Source: Candidatus Muiribacterium halophilum
Lineage (GTDB): Bacteria; Muiribacteriota; Muiribacteriia; Muiribacteriales; Muiribacteriaceae
DNA length: 64,000 bases
Reading direction: 5' to 3'
Assembly: GCA_023228995.1 (NCBI GenBank)
Contig: JALOAD010000010.1
Coordinates: forward strand, 11,688-75,687
The notes beneath the pieces were generated by a model that saw only the letters and a program-made list of their open reading frames with translations, made no database searches and was not told where the DNA came from. The translations under genes and the position numbers were made by a program. Each line of letters begins with the position of its first letter. The first letter of the stretch is position 1. This document shows positions 38,269 through 49,095 of this stretch, piece by piece.

Positions 38269-40127
38269 CAAATAAAAGATTGATAATACAGGCTTTAAAA
38301 GAATATCACTTAACCGAAGTAGTAGCTTTTTATAAAGATTGGTATGCAAAATCTGATGTAGATGATAAAATATATTTTCTTGAAACAATATACAATACCC
38401 CATTAAGCGATACAATTGACACAGTTTTTTTTCAAAATATCATTAATACTGAGCTTGATAATATTGTAAGAGTATTAGCTATTAAAAATTTATATTCAAA
38501 AGACAAAGCTTTGTTTAAAAAAATATTTCTATATAATTTTAATGTTTTAGAATGGGATGAAAGAGCTATAAAAATTATATTACCAGTTTTAGATGATAAA
38601 GAATATGTATTAAATCTTAGAAGTTTTTTAGCTACAAAAGATATAATACTGAAGGCTAATATTATCGAAAGTATGGTTAGATTTCCAGTTGATGAAGTAA
38701 TTCAGATTATTAGAGAAGTAATGAAATCAGGTAATGACCTCTTGCAACTTTCTGCAATAAAAGGTTTTGATAATGAAAAATTTTTTGAGTTTTTATATTC
38801 AAAAGTTTTTAGTGGAAATTCTACAATTGAGATTGCGTGTATATCAAAATTTGGTAAATTACTCAGTTCAGACAATGTAAATATAAAAATTAAAAAAACC
38901 ATTTTAAGTATAATTAATGAAAAACTTGATAGTGAAGAGGAAATTGTCCGAATCGCTTCAATCAAATGTGTTTCATTTTTTGAAAAGAAGATTTTTAGAA
39001 AATTGACAGAATTATGGGAAAAACTTCATCCAATTTATTTTCCAGTTTTAAAAGATGCATTAATGAATAATATAATAATGGATAAAGATAATAATGCAGA
39101 AAAACTTCTTTTTGAAGAACTTAATATTTTTAAGATAAAAAACTTTATGAACTTTTTATATAAGATAAATCATAAGGAACTTATGCTTTTTTTATTTCAG
39201 AATTTCAGAAAAAAAGATGATTTTGAGGTATTTTCTTCAAGGATTGTAGATTTTTTACTTCAAAACAAAATATTTATAGATCAAAGATTTATATTAAGTT
39301 TTTTTAGAGATCTTGATGAAGCTCAAATAATGTATTTTAGATCAAATCTTGAAAAAGTTTTTATGAGAGAATTTGTTCCTTTTAGATTTAGAGAGATTGA
39401 TATAAAAATTATATCTGAATATCTTGATATAGCTGGAATTCTTTCTCTTGATTATTCAAGACATTTTAATTATATAAATTATGATTATATAAAAATAGCA
39501 ATTTTGAAATTTATCGAAAAGACTGATGAAAATTTTTCATTTCTTGTAGAATGTGCAAAATATAAATCTGATGCAGTAAAAGAAGCTGCAATTTTTTCTC
39601 TAGGAGAATTTATTAATGCTACAAATTTTTTAATTGGTTTATATAAAAATGCAAGCGAAGCTCAAAAAATAAATATAATAAAAGCAGTATCTTTAAAAAA
39701 ATCAGAAAATAGAAAAACTTTTCTTCTTAAAGAGTTTTTTTTAGATAATATATCAGATGATTTAAAAAATGAGCTGATGGAAGCTTTGAATTCATATTAT
39801 GATGATAATATTATTGTTGAATTGAGTGAAAAGATTTTTCTAGAAGAAAGTTCTCTTAAATTAAGATTGAAAGCTCTTAGAATTCTTATTAATAGTAAAA
39901 ATGAAGTTATAAAATATATTCAATCGCTTATAGATCCGGGTATTATAACAAATAAAAAGGATTTTCTTAATCTATGTGATTCGATTAAATTCATTGATAA
40001 AGAAAAAGCTGTTGATATTTATATAATAATGTTAGATAAATTTCCTCAATTTGGAAATGAGATTATTAAATTTTTATATTTTTATAGAAATTCTGAAACA
40101 GCTAGTAAATTAATCAATTTAATGTAA
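38265..40127 (+). CDS. Hypothetical 620-aa helical-repeat (HEAT/ARM-like) protein coupled to fliA
   Basis: ATGA overlap with the fliA stop; alpha-helical repeat composition; no known motif. Confidence 0.6.
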   Translation: MTNKRLIIQALKEYHLTEVVAFYKDWYAKSDVDDKIYFLETIYNTPLSDTIDTVFFQNIINTELDNIVRVLAIKNLYSKDKALFKKIFLYNFNVLEWDERAIKIILPVLDDKEYVLNLRSFLATKDIILKANIIESMVRFPVDEVIQIIREVMKSGNDLLQLSAIKGFDNEKFFEFLYSKVFSGNSTIEIACISKFGKLLSSDNVNIKIKKTILSIINEKLDSEEEIVRIASIKCVSFFEKKIFRKLTELWEKLHPIYFPVLKDALMNNIIMDKDNNAEKLLFEELNIFKIKNFMNFLYKINHKELMLFLFQNFRKKDDFEVFSSRIVDFLLQNKIFIDQRFILSFFRDLDEAQIMYFRSNLEKVFMREFVPFRFREIDIKIISEYLDIAGILSLDYSRHFNYINYDYIKIAILKFIEKTDENFSFLVECAKYKSDAVKEAAIFSLGEFINATNFLIGLYKNASEAQKINIIKAVSLKKSENRKTFLLKEFFLDNISDDLKNELMEALNSYYDDNIIVELSEKIFLEESSLKLRLKALRILINSKNEVIKYIQSLIDPGIITNKKDFLNLCDSIKFIDKEKAVDIYIIMLDKFPQFGNEIIKFLYFYRNSETASKLINLM

Positions 40128-40378
40128 TTTTGTAAATAAAAAAAGGTTAAAGGGTTAGTGTGACCTCGGCACAGTTAGCGACTAATTCGTAGTCTAGTTA
40201 AGAGTTAAAAAATCAAAAACAAATCTTGGCTCAGAATAGTACCGGGATGACAGATTTTTAATGTTGAATGTCGAATTAAAAGAAAAAACTGTGAAGCTGT
40301 GACAGATAAAGCGTGACATGTCACTTTGTGACATTAGTAACAAAAACAACGTTATGCCGGAATGAAAATGTTCAATTG

Positions 40379-41095
40379 CTATTGATTTATTGTTGCAAAA
40401 TCATAAAAATCATTTTTATTTTTAAAAAAATCATTTTCCCAATTTATATTATTCGGAGAATACTCTTTATCTATATTTAATATTGAATCAATATCAAAAT
40501 TTTCATTAAATTTCATATTATAACTAATTAAAGCTAAAATTCGGTCATAATCACTTGTTATATCACCTATTAAATTGTTTTCAAAATTATTTAAAATAGT
40601 TTCAATTTTATCTTTTTCATAAATTTCTGGAATATAAATATTATTAGAATCTTTATTTATATCTTTAATAAGTACATTACCATCTTTAAAAACAATTTTT
40701 AATGTAAAAGAAATATTTGAATAAATATTAGCAATTAAATTTTTAGGTATTTTGGCATCGCAAATATAAATTTTTTCAATATTTTCCAAAGAAGTAAAAA
40801 TAGTATTTATTTTTTTAGGATTTAAAATTGAATTATTAGAAAAAATTTTTATACTATCGCTTAAAGCAATAAACTTTTCAACAATAAAATCAGTATTTAT
40901 TTTGGAATTTTTGTCTACTTTACTAAAGAAAGAAATAGAATCCTTACCAATTGCGTAAATATCTGACTGTTTTTCGATAAAAGAAATTTCCCAAATAGAA
41001 AAACTACTATCTTTATCATTTATACTTGTACTTTTACATGATATAATTAGAAAAGAACTTAGCAAAATAATACTTATAATATAAAAATATTTCAT
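40379..41095 (-). CDS. Secreted hypothetical protein
   Basis: Signal peptide MKYFYIISIILLSSFLIISC (possible lipobox). Confidence 0.6.
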   Translation of the reverse strand: MKYFYIISIILLSSFLIISCKSTSINDKDSSFSIWEISFIEKQSDIYAIGKDSISFFSKVDKNSKINTDFIVEKFIALSDSIKIFSNNSILNPKKINTIFTSLENIEKIYICDAKIPKNLIANIYSNISFTLKIVFKDGNVLIKDINKDSNNIYIPEIYEKDKIETILNNFENNLIGDITSDYDRILALISYNMKFNENFDIDSILNIDKEYSPNNINWENDFFKNKNDFYDFATINQ

Positions 41096-41275
41096 ATTAT
41101 GTTAATCGGTTGACATAGAAAAAAATTTTATATAATCTATTAATCTAAGTGATATAATTATTATTATATTTATTTTTTGCTAAATTAAAAATTTGACTAA
41201 ACTGTAATCTAAAAATGCCCCGATTAGTTTGTAATATTTATAAAAAATAATTTAGTGTGTTATATGGAGCTAAAA

Positions 41276-41629
41276 ATGCCACTAGGTAAATATTATCCTT
41301 TGTTTTTAGAGGAATTGTTTATAGTCCATTTATATGGCACAGATGCTGAAGTTAAACAATTTTATGAATTTATGGAACCTGAAAAGCGAAATAAATCAGA
41401 AAATATAGTTGTTTTAGCAACTCTTATAGAAGATATAAAAAGAAGAAATCTCACTAAAATGAATTGGTTTTGCTGTTCAAGATGTGAAAACTTTAAATTA
41501 TGTCGAATAAATTGGTATAGAGGTGAGAGTAATCTTGAAAGAAACTGTTGTACATATTGTCAAAATTTTGAAAAATGCTATGAAACATATAAAAAATTAG
41601 AAAATAAAACGGATAAGTGTAAAAAATAA
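41276..41629 (+). CDS. Small LYGTD-family protein with a duplicated Cys-rich CCxxCxNFxxC C-terminal extension
   Basis: GGAG RBS before ATG 41276; the N-terminal 50 aa are paralogous to the ORF at 5912; C-terminus CCSRCENFKLC ... CCTYCQNFEKC. Confidence 0.55.
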   Translation: MPLGKYYPLFLEELFIVHLYGTDAEVKQFYEFMEPEKRNKSENIVVLATLIEDIKRRNLTKMNWFCCSRCENFKLCRINWYRGESNLERNCCTYCQNFEKCYETYKKLENKTDKCKK

Positions 41630-42135
41630 TGTTTGAAAGATACTTGTTTCCACCTGAAAAAAAAGATTATATAATGAAAAAAAGAAAAGGTCTTCTTGAT
41701 AAAGAATGTATATTATGTAAAATTGCACAAAAAAACAAAGATTTTGATCAACTCGAGATATTAAGAAGTCAATTTAATATAGTTACTGTTAATCTTTTTC
41801 CTTATAATCCCGGGCATATAATGATATTTCCAATACGACACCTAGTGAGTTTTGAAGAAATGACAAAAGAAGAATATTTAGATCTTCAGTTTATGACAAA
41901 TTTATCATTAAAAATATTAAGGAAAATATATAATCCTGGTGGATTTAATATTGGTTATAATATAGGAAAAGCAGGTGGAGCAAGTATTTCACATATTCAT
42001 CAACATATTGTTCCAAGATATGAGCATGAACTTGGTTTTGTTGATATTTTTTCAGGTTCAAAAATTATAATAGAAACACCATGGCAGATATACGAAAGAC
42101 TTGTAGATGAATTTAAAGAAGAGTTTAAAAAGTAA
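41629..42135 (+). CDS. HIT-family nucleotide hydrolase/transferase
   Basis: Histidine-triad motif SHIHQHIVPR; about 150-aa core; start ambiguous (41629 or 41674). Confidence 0.8.
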   Translation: MFERYLFPPEKKDYIMKKRKGLLDKECILCKIAQKNKDFDQLEILRSQFNIVTVNLFPYNPGHIMIFPIRHLVSFEEMTKEEYLDLQFMTNLSLKILRKIYNPGGFNIGYNIGKAGGASISHIHQHIVPRYEHELGFVDIFSGSKIIIETPWQIYERLVDEFKEEFKK

Positions 42136-42168
42136 AATATAATAAAGTTTAATAGATGAGGGGGATTT

Positions 42169-42909
42169 TTGAAAAAATCAATTTTTTTATTATTTATTTT
42201 TGCTATGATAAATGGAGTTTACAGTTATCAGATTGAATTTAAAAAAAGCTTTTCTGATATTTCAGGAATAAATTCAGGGGTTGTAAATTCATCTAAACTC
42301 AATGTTAGAAGTGGACCATCTACCGTATATCCAAGAATTGAAACGCTTAAAATTGGTGATGTAGTTACATTAAAAAAAACAGTTTCAGATTCATGGCTTG
42401 AAATTGTCATGGAACCTATTAAAGGTTATATATTTCATGAATTTCTTGATACAGAAGGAAAAAATACTGAAGAAGTACTTATATTTGATTTTGATACAAG
42501 TGAGATATATACAGATTATAATGCTGAAGAAAAAGAAGATTTTGGGGTTGTAAATGCAAATTCTGTAAATGTAAGATTATCATCAGATGAAAAATCTGAA
42601 AGATTAGCAATTGTAAATAAAAAAGTAAGATTAAGAGTGCTTTCTCGCGAAGGTGATTGGTATTATGTTAGTTTTTTATCAAAAAGGACAGGATTTGTTT
42701 ATGCAAAATATATAAGTAAAGAAAGAAAGGGTAAAATAACAAAAAACTTTACACCGGTATTTTCAGGTTCTGATGGTAAAAAAATATTAAAACATGTAGC
42801 AGAAAATCTTGAAATACTTATATTTGATAAAGTTGGCGAGTTTTTTAAAGTATATATAAAAGATATAGATTTAGTTGGATGGATTCCTGAACAAAGTGTT
42901 TTTGAATAA
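42169..42909 (+). CDS. Secreted protein with three bacterial SH3 (SH3b) domains
   Basis: Signal peptide; three repeats of the ...LNVRSGPS...GDVV...W..V form. Confidence 0.7.
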   Translation: MKKSIFLLFIFAMINGVYSYQIEFKKSFSDISGINSGVVNSSKLNVRSGPSTVYPRIETLKIGDVVTLKKTVSDSWLEIVMEPIKGYIFHEFLDTEGKNTEEVLIFDFDTSEIYTDYNAEEKEDFGVVNANSVNVRLSSDEKSERLAIVNKKVRLRVLSREGDWYYVSFLSKRTGFVYAKYISKERKGKITKNFTPVFSGSDGKKILKHVAENLEILIFDKVGEFFKVYIKDIDLVGWIPEQSVFE

Positions 42910-42943
42910 TAATTTTTAAAAGATTTAAGCGAGGATTTTAATT

Positions 42944-43372
42944 TTGAAAATAGATATAATAAGTGTAGGAAAACTAAAAAAAGAATTTAAAGATATATTT
43001 GAAATTTATAAATCAAGGGTTGATAAAACCTGTATTTTTAACATTATTGAATTAAAAGAAAAAAATATAAATAAAGAAAGTGATGATATAATAAAATTAA
43101 TTAAAAATGATTTTTTTAAAATTCTTTTAAGTCCACAAGGGAAATTTATAAAATCAAATGATTTTTTTGGCAATTTACTTTCTATTAATACAAAAATACA
43201 ATTTATTATTGGTGGAGCTGAAGGAGTTAATGAAAAATTATTTAAAAATGTTGATGAAGCTATTTCTTTTTCAAATCTTATATTTCCGCATCAGCTTTTT
43301 AGAATAATGCTTATGGAGCAGATATATAGAGGAATTTGTATAATAAATAATCATCCATATCATAAAGTATAA
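42944..43372 (+). CDS. rlmH: 23S rRNA (pseudouridine1915-N3)-methyltransferase RlmH
   Basis: MKIDIISVGKLK ... FIIGGAEGVNE ... FPHQLFRIMLMEQIYRGICIINNHPYHK (SPOUT YbeA family); TTG start with GAGGA RBS. Confidence 0.85.
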   Translation: MKIDIISVGKLKKEFKDIFEIYKSRVDKTCIFNIIELKEKNINKESDDIIKLIKNDFFKILLSPQGKFIKSNDFFGNLLSINTKIQFIIGGAEGVNEKLFKNVDEAISFSNLIFPHQLFRIMLMEQIYRGICIINNHPYHKV

Positions 43373-43382
43373 AGGTGAAATA

Positions 43383-46300
43383 ATGTTTTTTAAATTGATA
43401 GATAAGATATTTGGTATAAGATCAGAGTTATTCTTCTTAGATGTTGTTACAGAACATAGATTTAGATTATACGATTATGAAAGATGTATTGAAAATTATA
43501 AAAGATTATTAAAAGAAATTCCTGAACAGAAAGATAAATATAATTTTAAACTAGCAGTATGTTATAGAAATATTGGTAATAACAAAAAAGCTATAAAACA
43601 TATCGATGCAATTATTGAAAAAACTAGAGATATTATATTAGAAAAAGCAAGAGCTTTGCTTGCTGAAAAATCTGAACAATCTTTGAAATATTTTGAAGAG
43701 TGTATATCTGATGAATATCCTGAATCATTAAAAGAAATTGGGTTTGCATATTTAGAATTCTCACAAAATGTAAAAGCTCTTGATTATCTTATTAAATATC
43801 ATGATATAAAAAGCAATGATACTGAGACTATTCTTGAGATTTCACAAATATATTATTTTTTAAGAGATTTTGAAAAATCAATTGAATTTCTTCTTATATA
43901 CGAAAACACTAAAGGTGCAGATAGACTTGTTTTTCTTAAAAATAAAGCATTAAATGAAGAAGCTCTTGGTAGATTTAAAGAAGCTGAAAAAATTTTTTCA
44001 GAAGTGTTAAAATTAAATCCTGAAGATTTAATATCATTTGAACATATTGTTATGCTTTATGAAAATGCTGATAAACAAATTGAACTTCTTGAAATTCTTT
44101 TAAATAGAGAAAAAATATATCCACTTGATCTTGATTTGAAAAAAAAGATAGGAAAAATATATCTTGAAATAAATGAATTAAAAAAAGCAAGAGTATATTT
44201 TGGTATATTAGTAGAAAACAATTATTATGACAGGGATTTTATACAGGATTATCTTGAGTTAAGTGTTCAGTATAAAGATTATGAAAAAGCTGAAACCATA
44301 GCTTTAAAGCTTATTGATTCAGGAAGTTTTAGAAAAGATGAATTAGCATTATTTTTTACAAAATTGTATTTTAAAACAGGAAGAATAAATCTCGCTCAAA
44401 AATATGCAGGTTATATTGAGCATAAACAATCAGCAGATAAATGGAAAAATACTCTTAAAACATTGAATACAGATAATATATTTACTTTATATTTTCAAAA
44501 TGATGATAAATATAGTTTAAAAACAATGTGTTCAGGAGTTGTTATAGATAAAGTTGATACAGAAGAAATTGAAATTGTTAAAAATTATTTAAAAGATAAA
44601 GAACAAAGCATAGTTATATATGCAAATTACGAGGATATTTTAATTTCTATACATAATAAATTTGATATTGAAGATTTTATAAAACTAATACATTTAAAAA
44701 AGACTAAAATGCAAAATATAGATGATATGCTTGATATAATTAAACAAATTACTTCTTATTTTGAAAAAAGAAACGAAGTTTTCAGAGCTTTTTTAAGTGC
44801 AGCTGATGATAAAACTGTAAAAATTCTTTTATTTTTTAATAAATTTTTAAATATATCGCTTTCTTCTTTTTCGATGAAGGATTTTCTCTTAAAAGAATGG
44901 AAACTTTATGAAAAAGAAACAAAAATAAATCTCAATATATCAAAAAGTGAAAACTCTGTTTTTAGAGAAAAAAACATTTGGTATAATTATTTAGATTCAA
45001 GAGCTTTATTAAGTTTTTTTGAAAGTCATTCTGAAAGTTATACTGGTAAATCAGTTATTTTTGTTGAAAATATGTCTATTGCTAACAAAAATTTATCTTT
45101 TACAAAAGATTATGAAGAATTTTCTTTTTATTATGGAAATTATATATGTCTTAATCATTTTGAAAAATATGCAGAAAAAGAACCTGAAAAGACAAAAAAA
45201 ATAATATTTTGGCTTCCATATACAGAAACCGGTTCACTTAATGAAATAAATATAAAAGATAGTTCGATTGAAGCAGATGAAAGAAATTGTATGCAGCTTG
45301 AATGTCCTTATTATGAAAAATGTTTTTTTCAAAGAGTAAGAAAAGATATATTTAATAGAAAATATGTTGTATCGGATTTTTGTAATAAAGATTATTTCAA
45401 AGAAAAATTTGAAAGGGCTTTTTATTTTATAACCCCTAATATTATCGAAGATATTGTTCAAGGAGATATTTATAGTTTTTCAAAAAATACATGTAATATA
45501 AATCAACTTGATTCTTTTTTAGAAAATATACTTGTTAATTCACAGGAATCTTTTAATTTTTACAGAAAGATTAAAGAAAGTATTATCAAAATAATAAGAC
45601 TTGAGGAAAGAATAATAAAAATATTCAAAGATTCAGAAATTTCTTCTTCATTAAGATATTCAATTGTGGACAATTTATTTTCTGATTTTTCTGTATTTTT
45701 AAAAAGATATATAAATTCAATTGATACATTATCAGAAGATCTTTATGATATTGAAAAATTTGTAAATCCTGTGAAAGCTAATATAGTTGAAATAAATTTT
45801 CAGAGAAATAGATTAAATAATCAAAAAAAATTATTTCATAATATAACAGAAGAAAACTCAGATTATTGGGTAAGTGTTACTGATAAAAGTATTTTTTTAA
45901 TTTCAAATATATGGAATAAAGATGTATTTAAATCAAATATTTATGTAAATTGTTATGAAAACATCAGAAAAATATCAACTTTTATATCAGCGCTTTTTGA
46001 TGTAAATAAAATAATTGATATTGAGTGTGAAATGGAAAAAAGAAAAGAATTTAGTGTTAATCCGGTGTTTATTGATAGAATCGGTAAATATTCACCATTT
46101 ATAATTAATTATCTTTATTCTGAAATAGAAGAAAAAACAGATAATACCTATATATCAAAACTTCTTTCTGATAATTCAAAAGTTAGAGATAATATAAAAG
46201 ATCTTTTTAATCAAAGTGAAATATGTATTAAAGAAGAAGAGTTTTTAAAACTTCTTTTTGCTATGGCTTTTTCAGGAAAAACAACTGTGTTATATACAGA

Positions 46301-47390
46301 TAATGAAATGTTAAAACAAAAAGTTTTTGAATGTGGTATTTCTTGTGTTGAAATTTATAAAACAGATACAGATATGGAAAAAAAATTAAAAGAAAACCTT
46401 ATAAAGAACAAAATATACAATATTGTTATAGTTAATGAAATAGAAGATATTAATGATGAAACAGCTTATGTATTTACAGATAAACAAAATATTAATATAA
46501 ATGAAATATTTATAATATATTTACATAATGAAGTAAAAAAACAACAAAAAAAGATTAATTTCAATATTAGTAATTTTATTTTAAAAAAATATAAAAAAGA
46601 TTTGTATGTGTCGGAAGATCAGATGAAAAATATATTTTTTGAAGATTCAGAAATCGTTATAGATTATTTAAAAGAAAAAAATTTAATAAAAAAGAAAGTT
46701 TCAAAAAAACCAGAATTAAATACAACTGGAATGCAGCAGAATATAAAAGATGTTATTTTTAGAAATTATATAGGAATACTAAATAAAAACTCTTTTAAAC
46801 CTATTTATTCAATAAATAATTCCGATATATTTGAAATGCTATATTTTATAAATAAAAATGGATTTCCTGTTAGTCAGGAATATTTATTTATGTTAAAAAA
46901 AGAAATTTCATCATCTACCGATACAATATATAGAAATCTTTTAAATGTAGTAGAAGGATTAGAATTTTTTAATTCATTTGATGAAATAAGAGTATTTGGA
47001 AAAAAAGATTTTCCACTTGATACATTTAATCTTGAAGATAATTTTTTCTTTTGGTTATTTTATCTTAAAAGGTATGGTTTTTTAAGAATTGATTTTAAAG
47101 ATAATAATATATCAGTTCAATTTGTTAAAAAGATTGAAATGGTAATAAAATTTGTAAAAAAAGAATTTGAGAATTTTTCTTATGTTCTTAAAATACTTAA
47201 TGGAGCTTATGGTGTCGATATAAATACAAGTACTGATGTAAATATTTTTAAGTTATATGCCGAATTTGAAGATATAGGAATAGAATCTTTATCAATAATG
47301 TTAAATGCTTTAAATTTTATGGATATAATTGAATCTGAACCTTTGAGAAATTATTTTGAGCGGATTTATCAAATAAAAACAGATTTATGA
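43383..47390 (+). CDS. Giant (1335 aa) TPR-rich hypothetical protein with a possible degenerate P-loop
   Basis: TPR-like N-terminal half; AMAFSGKTT (Walker-A-like) near aa 955 followed by a hydrophobic stretch NIVIVNEIED; coupled to rlmH (10-nt gap) and the vWA gene. Confidence 0.6.
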   Translation: MFFKLIDKIFGIRSELFFLDVVTEHRFRLYDYERCIENYKRLLKEIPEQKDKYNFKLAVCYRNIGNNKKAIKHIDAIIEKTRDIILEKARALLAEKSEQSLKYFEECISDEYPESLKEIGFAYLEFSQNVKALDYLIKYHDIKSNDTETILEISQIYYFLRDFEKSIEFLLIYENTKGADRLVFLKNKALNEEALGRFKEAEKIFSEVLKLNPEDLISFEHIVMLYENADKQIELLEILLNREKIYPLDLDLKKKIGKIYLEINELKKARVYFGILVENNYYDRDFIQDYLELSVQYKDYEKAETIALKLIDSGSFRKDELALFFTKLYFKTGRINLAQKYAGYIEHKQSADKWKNTLKTLNTDNIFTLYFQNDDKYSLKTMCSGVVIDKVDTEEIEIVKNYLKDKEQSIVIYANYEDILISIHNKFDIEDFIKLIHLKKTKMQNIDDMLDIIKQITSYFEKRNEVFRAFLSAADDKTVKILLFFNKFLNISLSSFSMKDFLLKEWKLYEKETKINLNISKSENSVFREKNIWYNYLDSRALLSFFESHSESYTGKSVIFVENMSIANKNLSFTKDYEEFSFYYGNYICLNHFEKYAEKEPEKTKKIIFWLPYTETGSLNEINIKDSSIEADERNCMQLECPYYEKCFFQRVRKDIFNRKYVVSDFCNKDYFKEKFERAFYFITPNIIEDIVQGDIYSFSKNTCNINQLDSFLENILVNSQESFNFYRKIKESIIKIIRLEERIIKIFKDSEISSSLRYSIVDNLFSDFSVFLKRYINSIDTLSEDLYDIEKFVNPVKANIVEINFQRNRLNNQKKLFHNITEENSDYWVSVTDKSIFLISNIWNKDVFKSNIYVNCYENIRKISTFISALFDVNKIIDIECEMEKRKEFSVNPVFIDRIGKYSPFIINYLYSEIEEKTDNTYISKLLSDNSKVRDNIKDLFNQSEICIKEEEFLKLLFAMAFSGKTTVLYTDNEMLKQKVFECGISCVEIYKTDTDMEKKLKENLIKNKIYNIVIVNEIEDINDETAYVFTDKQNININEIFIIYLHNEVKKQQKKINFNISNFILKKYKKDLYVSEDQMKNIFFEDSEIVIDYLKEKNLIKKKVSKKPELNTTGMQQNIKDVIFRNYIGILNKNSFKPIYSINNSDIFEMLYFINKNGFPVSQEYLFMLKKEISSSTDTIYRNLLNVVEGLEFFNSFDEIRVFGKKDFPLDTFNLEDNFFFWLFYLKRYGFLRIDFKDNNISVQFVKKIEMVIKFVKKEFENFSYVLKILNGAYGVDINTSTDVNIFKLYAEFEDIGIESLSIMLNALNFMDIIESEPLRNYFERIYQIKTDL

Positions 47391-47400
47391 GGATTGTTAT

Positions 47401-49095
47401 ATGAAAAAAACTCTTTTAACTGTCATGATTTTTATGATATTAGCTATATTTAGTTTTTCATTAGATTTAAAAATGGAAAAACTTAAAACAGAAAGATATC
47501 CACTTATAAATCCAGTTGTAAATGTAAGTGAAGATGGAATATCACTTAAAGATGTACAAGCAGAAGATTTAGAAGTGTGGGTAAAAACACAAGTACCTTT
47601 TTCAATGGAAAATATGCAACTTCCTCTTTCAATAATAATGATACTCGATAAATCAGGTTCAATGGAACAGGATATAAAAAGATTAAAAGCAGCATCAGGA
47701 AGGTTTCTTGAAATATTAAAACCAGTTGATGAAATAGCTTTAGTTGCTTTTGATAGAAAAACCTATTTTTTACAGGATTTTACAACTAATAGAGAACTTA
47801 TAAAAAAAAGTTATGAAAATATAAATGCAAAAGGTGCAACAAGATTATATGATACAATAGTAGATTCAATAAATAAATACGCAAAACCTGGAGCTTATAC
47901 AACTGTTGTATTATTTACAGATGGTAAGGATGAAGCTTATGAAGGTTCACTTCCAATATCAAAAAATGTTCCTGAAGATATAATTAGTTTATGTGAAAAA
48001 AATGAAATACCTTTACATATTATAGGTTTTGGAGATAGAATAAATAAAGATGTATTAAAATTATTAGCAGATAAAACACATGGCAATTTTTATCATGCTC
48101 CAAAATCCAAAGAATTTGCTAGAATTTATGAAAACATCGCAAGAAGTTTTAATGGACTTGTAAATATAACTTATACAACACCATTTAAAGATTGGTATGC
48201 AGGTAAGAGATTTGTTGAAGTTAAAGTTAATAAAGACAATAAGCAAGCTAATGACGAAAAACATTATATAAGAAGTGAAAGTCAGCATATTGTAAGTAAT
48301 GTAGCCGATAATAAAGATGTATTATCTCTTCTTGAAAAAGTTCCAAGAGTTACAATTGTAGCATCAGATAGACAAAATAGACTGATTGATGGAAGTTTTA
48401 AAATACTTGTAAATGGTAAAGTGGTTGATAATGGAAGTATTGAAAAAGGTACAGCAGTATTTAATCTAAAAAATTACTTTTTTGATGAAAATTTCAGGAG
48501 AATTCCTGAAAATTATGAAAAACTTCATAAAAAAACAGTTCTTTTTACACCTGATCTAAAAATGAGGGTGTTTACAACAGAAGCTGATAATCAATTTGTT
48601 CCAATGAAAATTGAACTAATAAGTTTTGATAATAAAAAAGAATATAGTTTTACTACTACATTTGATGGTATTGGTAATGAATTAGTAACTCAAGATATTG
48701 TTGAAGGAGTATACAACCTTAGGGTTTTTAATAATTCAAATATTATCCATAAAGATATTATAAAAATAAACAAAGATTATCGTTTGACCAAAGATTATAG
48801 ATTTGGTAGAATTACTTTGAAATCAGATGGAAGTCTTTTTGGAGACAGAGAAAACACTTCATTGAGCATTAGTATTTTAAACGAACATACAGGTGAATTT
48901 GTTTATAAAAATGAAAAACTTTATAAGGTAACTGGTGGTAAAAGCTATTTATTTCTACCTCCGGGAAGATATGCTGTGAGTTTAGAAAACTCAAAAAAAG
49001 AAGATCAATATTTAAAAGGTAGTCTTGAATTTGAAGCAGTTATATTAGGTGGGGAAAATATAAGAACTAATATAAAAAGAGAAGATATAAATTAA
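47401..49095 (+). CDS. Secreted von Willebrand factor A (vWA) domain protein
   Basis: Signal peptide; MIDAS motif ILDKSGSM, ...TRLYD..., LFTDGKD; beta-rich C-terminal region. Confidence 0.8.
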   Translation: MKKTLLTVMIFMILAIFSFSLDLKMEKLKTERYPLINPVVNVSEDGISLKDVQAEDLEVWVKTQVPFSMENMQLPLSIIMILDKSGSMEQDIKRLKAASGRFLEILKPVDEIALVAFDRKTYFLQDFTTNRELIKKSYENINAKGATRLYDTIVDSINKYAKPGAYTTVVLFTDGKDEAYEGSLPISKNVPEDIISLCEKNEIPLHIIGFGDRINKDVLKLLADKTHGNFYHAPKSKEFARIYENIARSFNGLVNITYTTPFKDWYAGKRFVEVKVNKDNKQANDEKHYIRSESQHIVSNVADNKDVLSLLEKVPRVTIVASDRQNRLIDGSFKILVNGKVVDNGSIEKGTAVFNLKNYFFDENFRRIPENYEKLHKKTVLFTPDLKMRVFTTEADNQFVPMKIELISFDNKKEYSFTTTFDGIGNELVTQDIVEGVYNLRVFNNSNIIHKDIIKINKDYRLTKDYRFGRITLKSDGSLFGDRENTSLSISILNEHTGEFVYKNEKLYKVTGGKSYLFLPPGRYAVSLENSKKEDQYLKGSLEFEAVILGGENIRTNIKREDIN

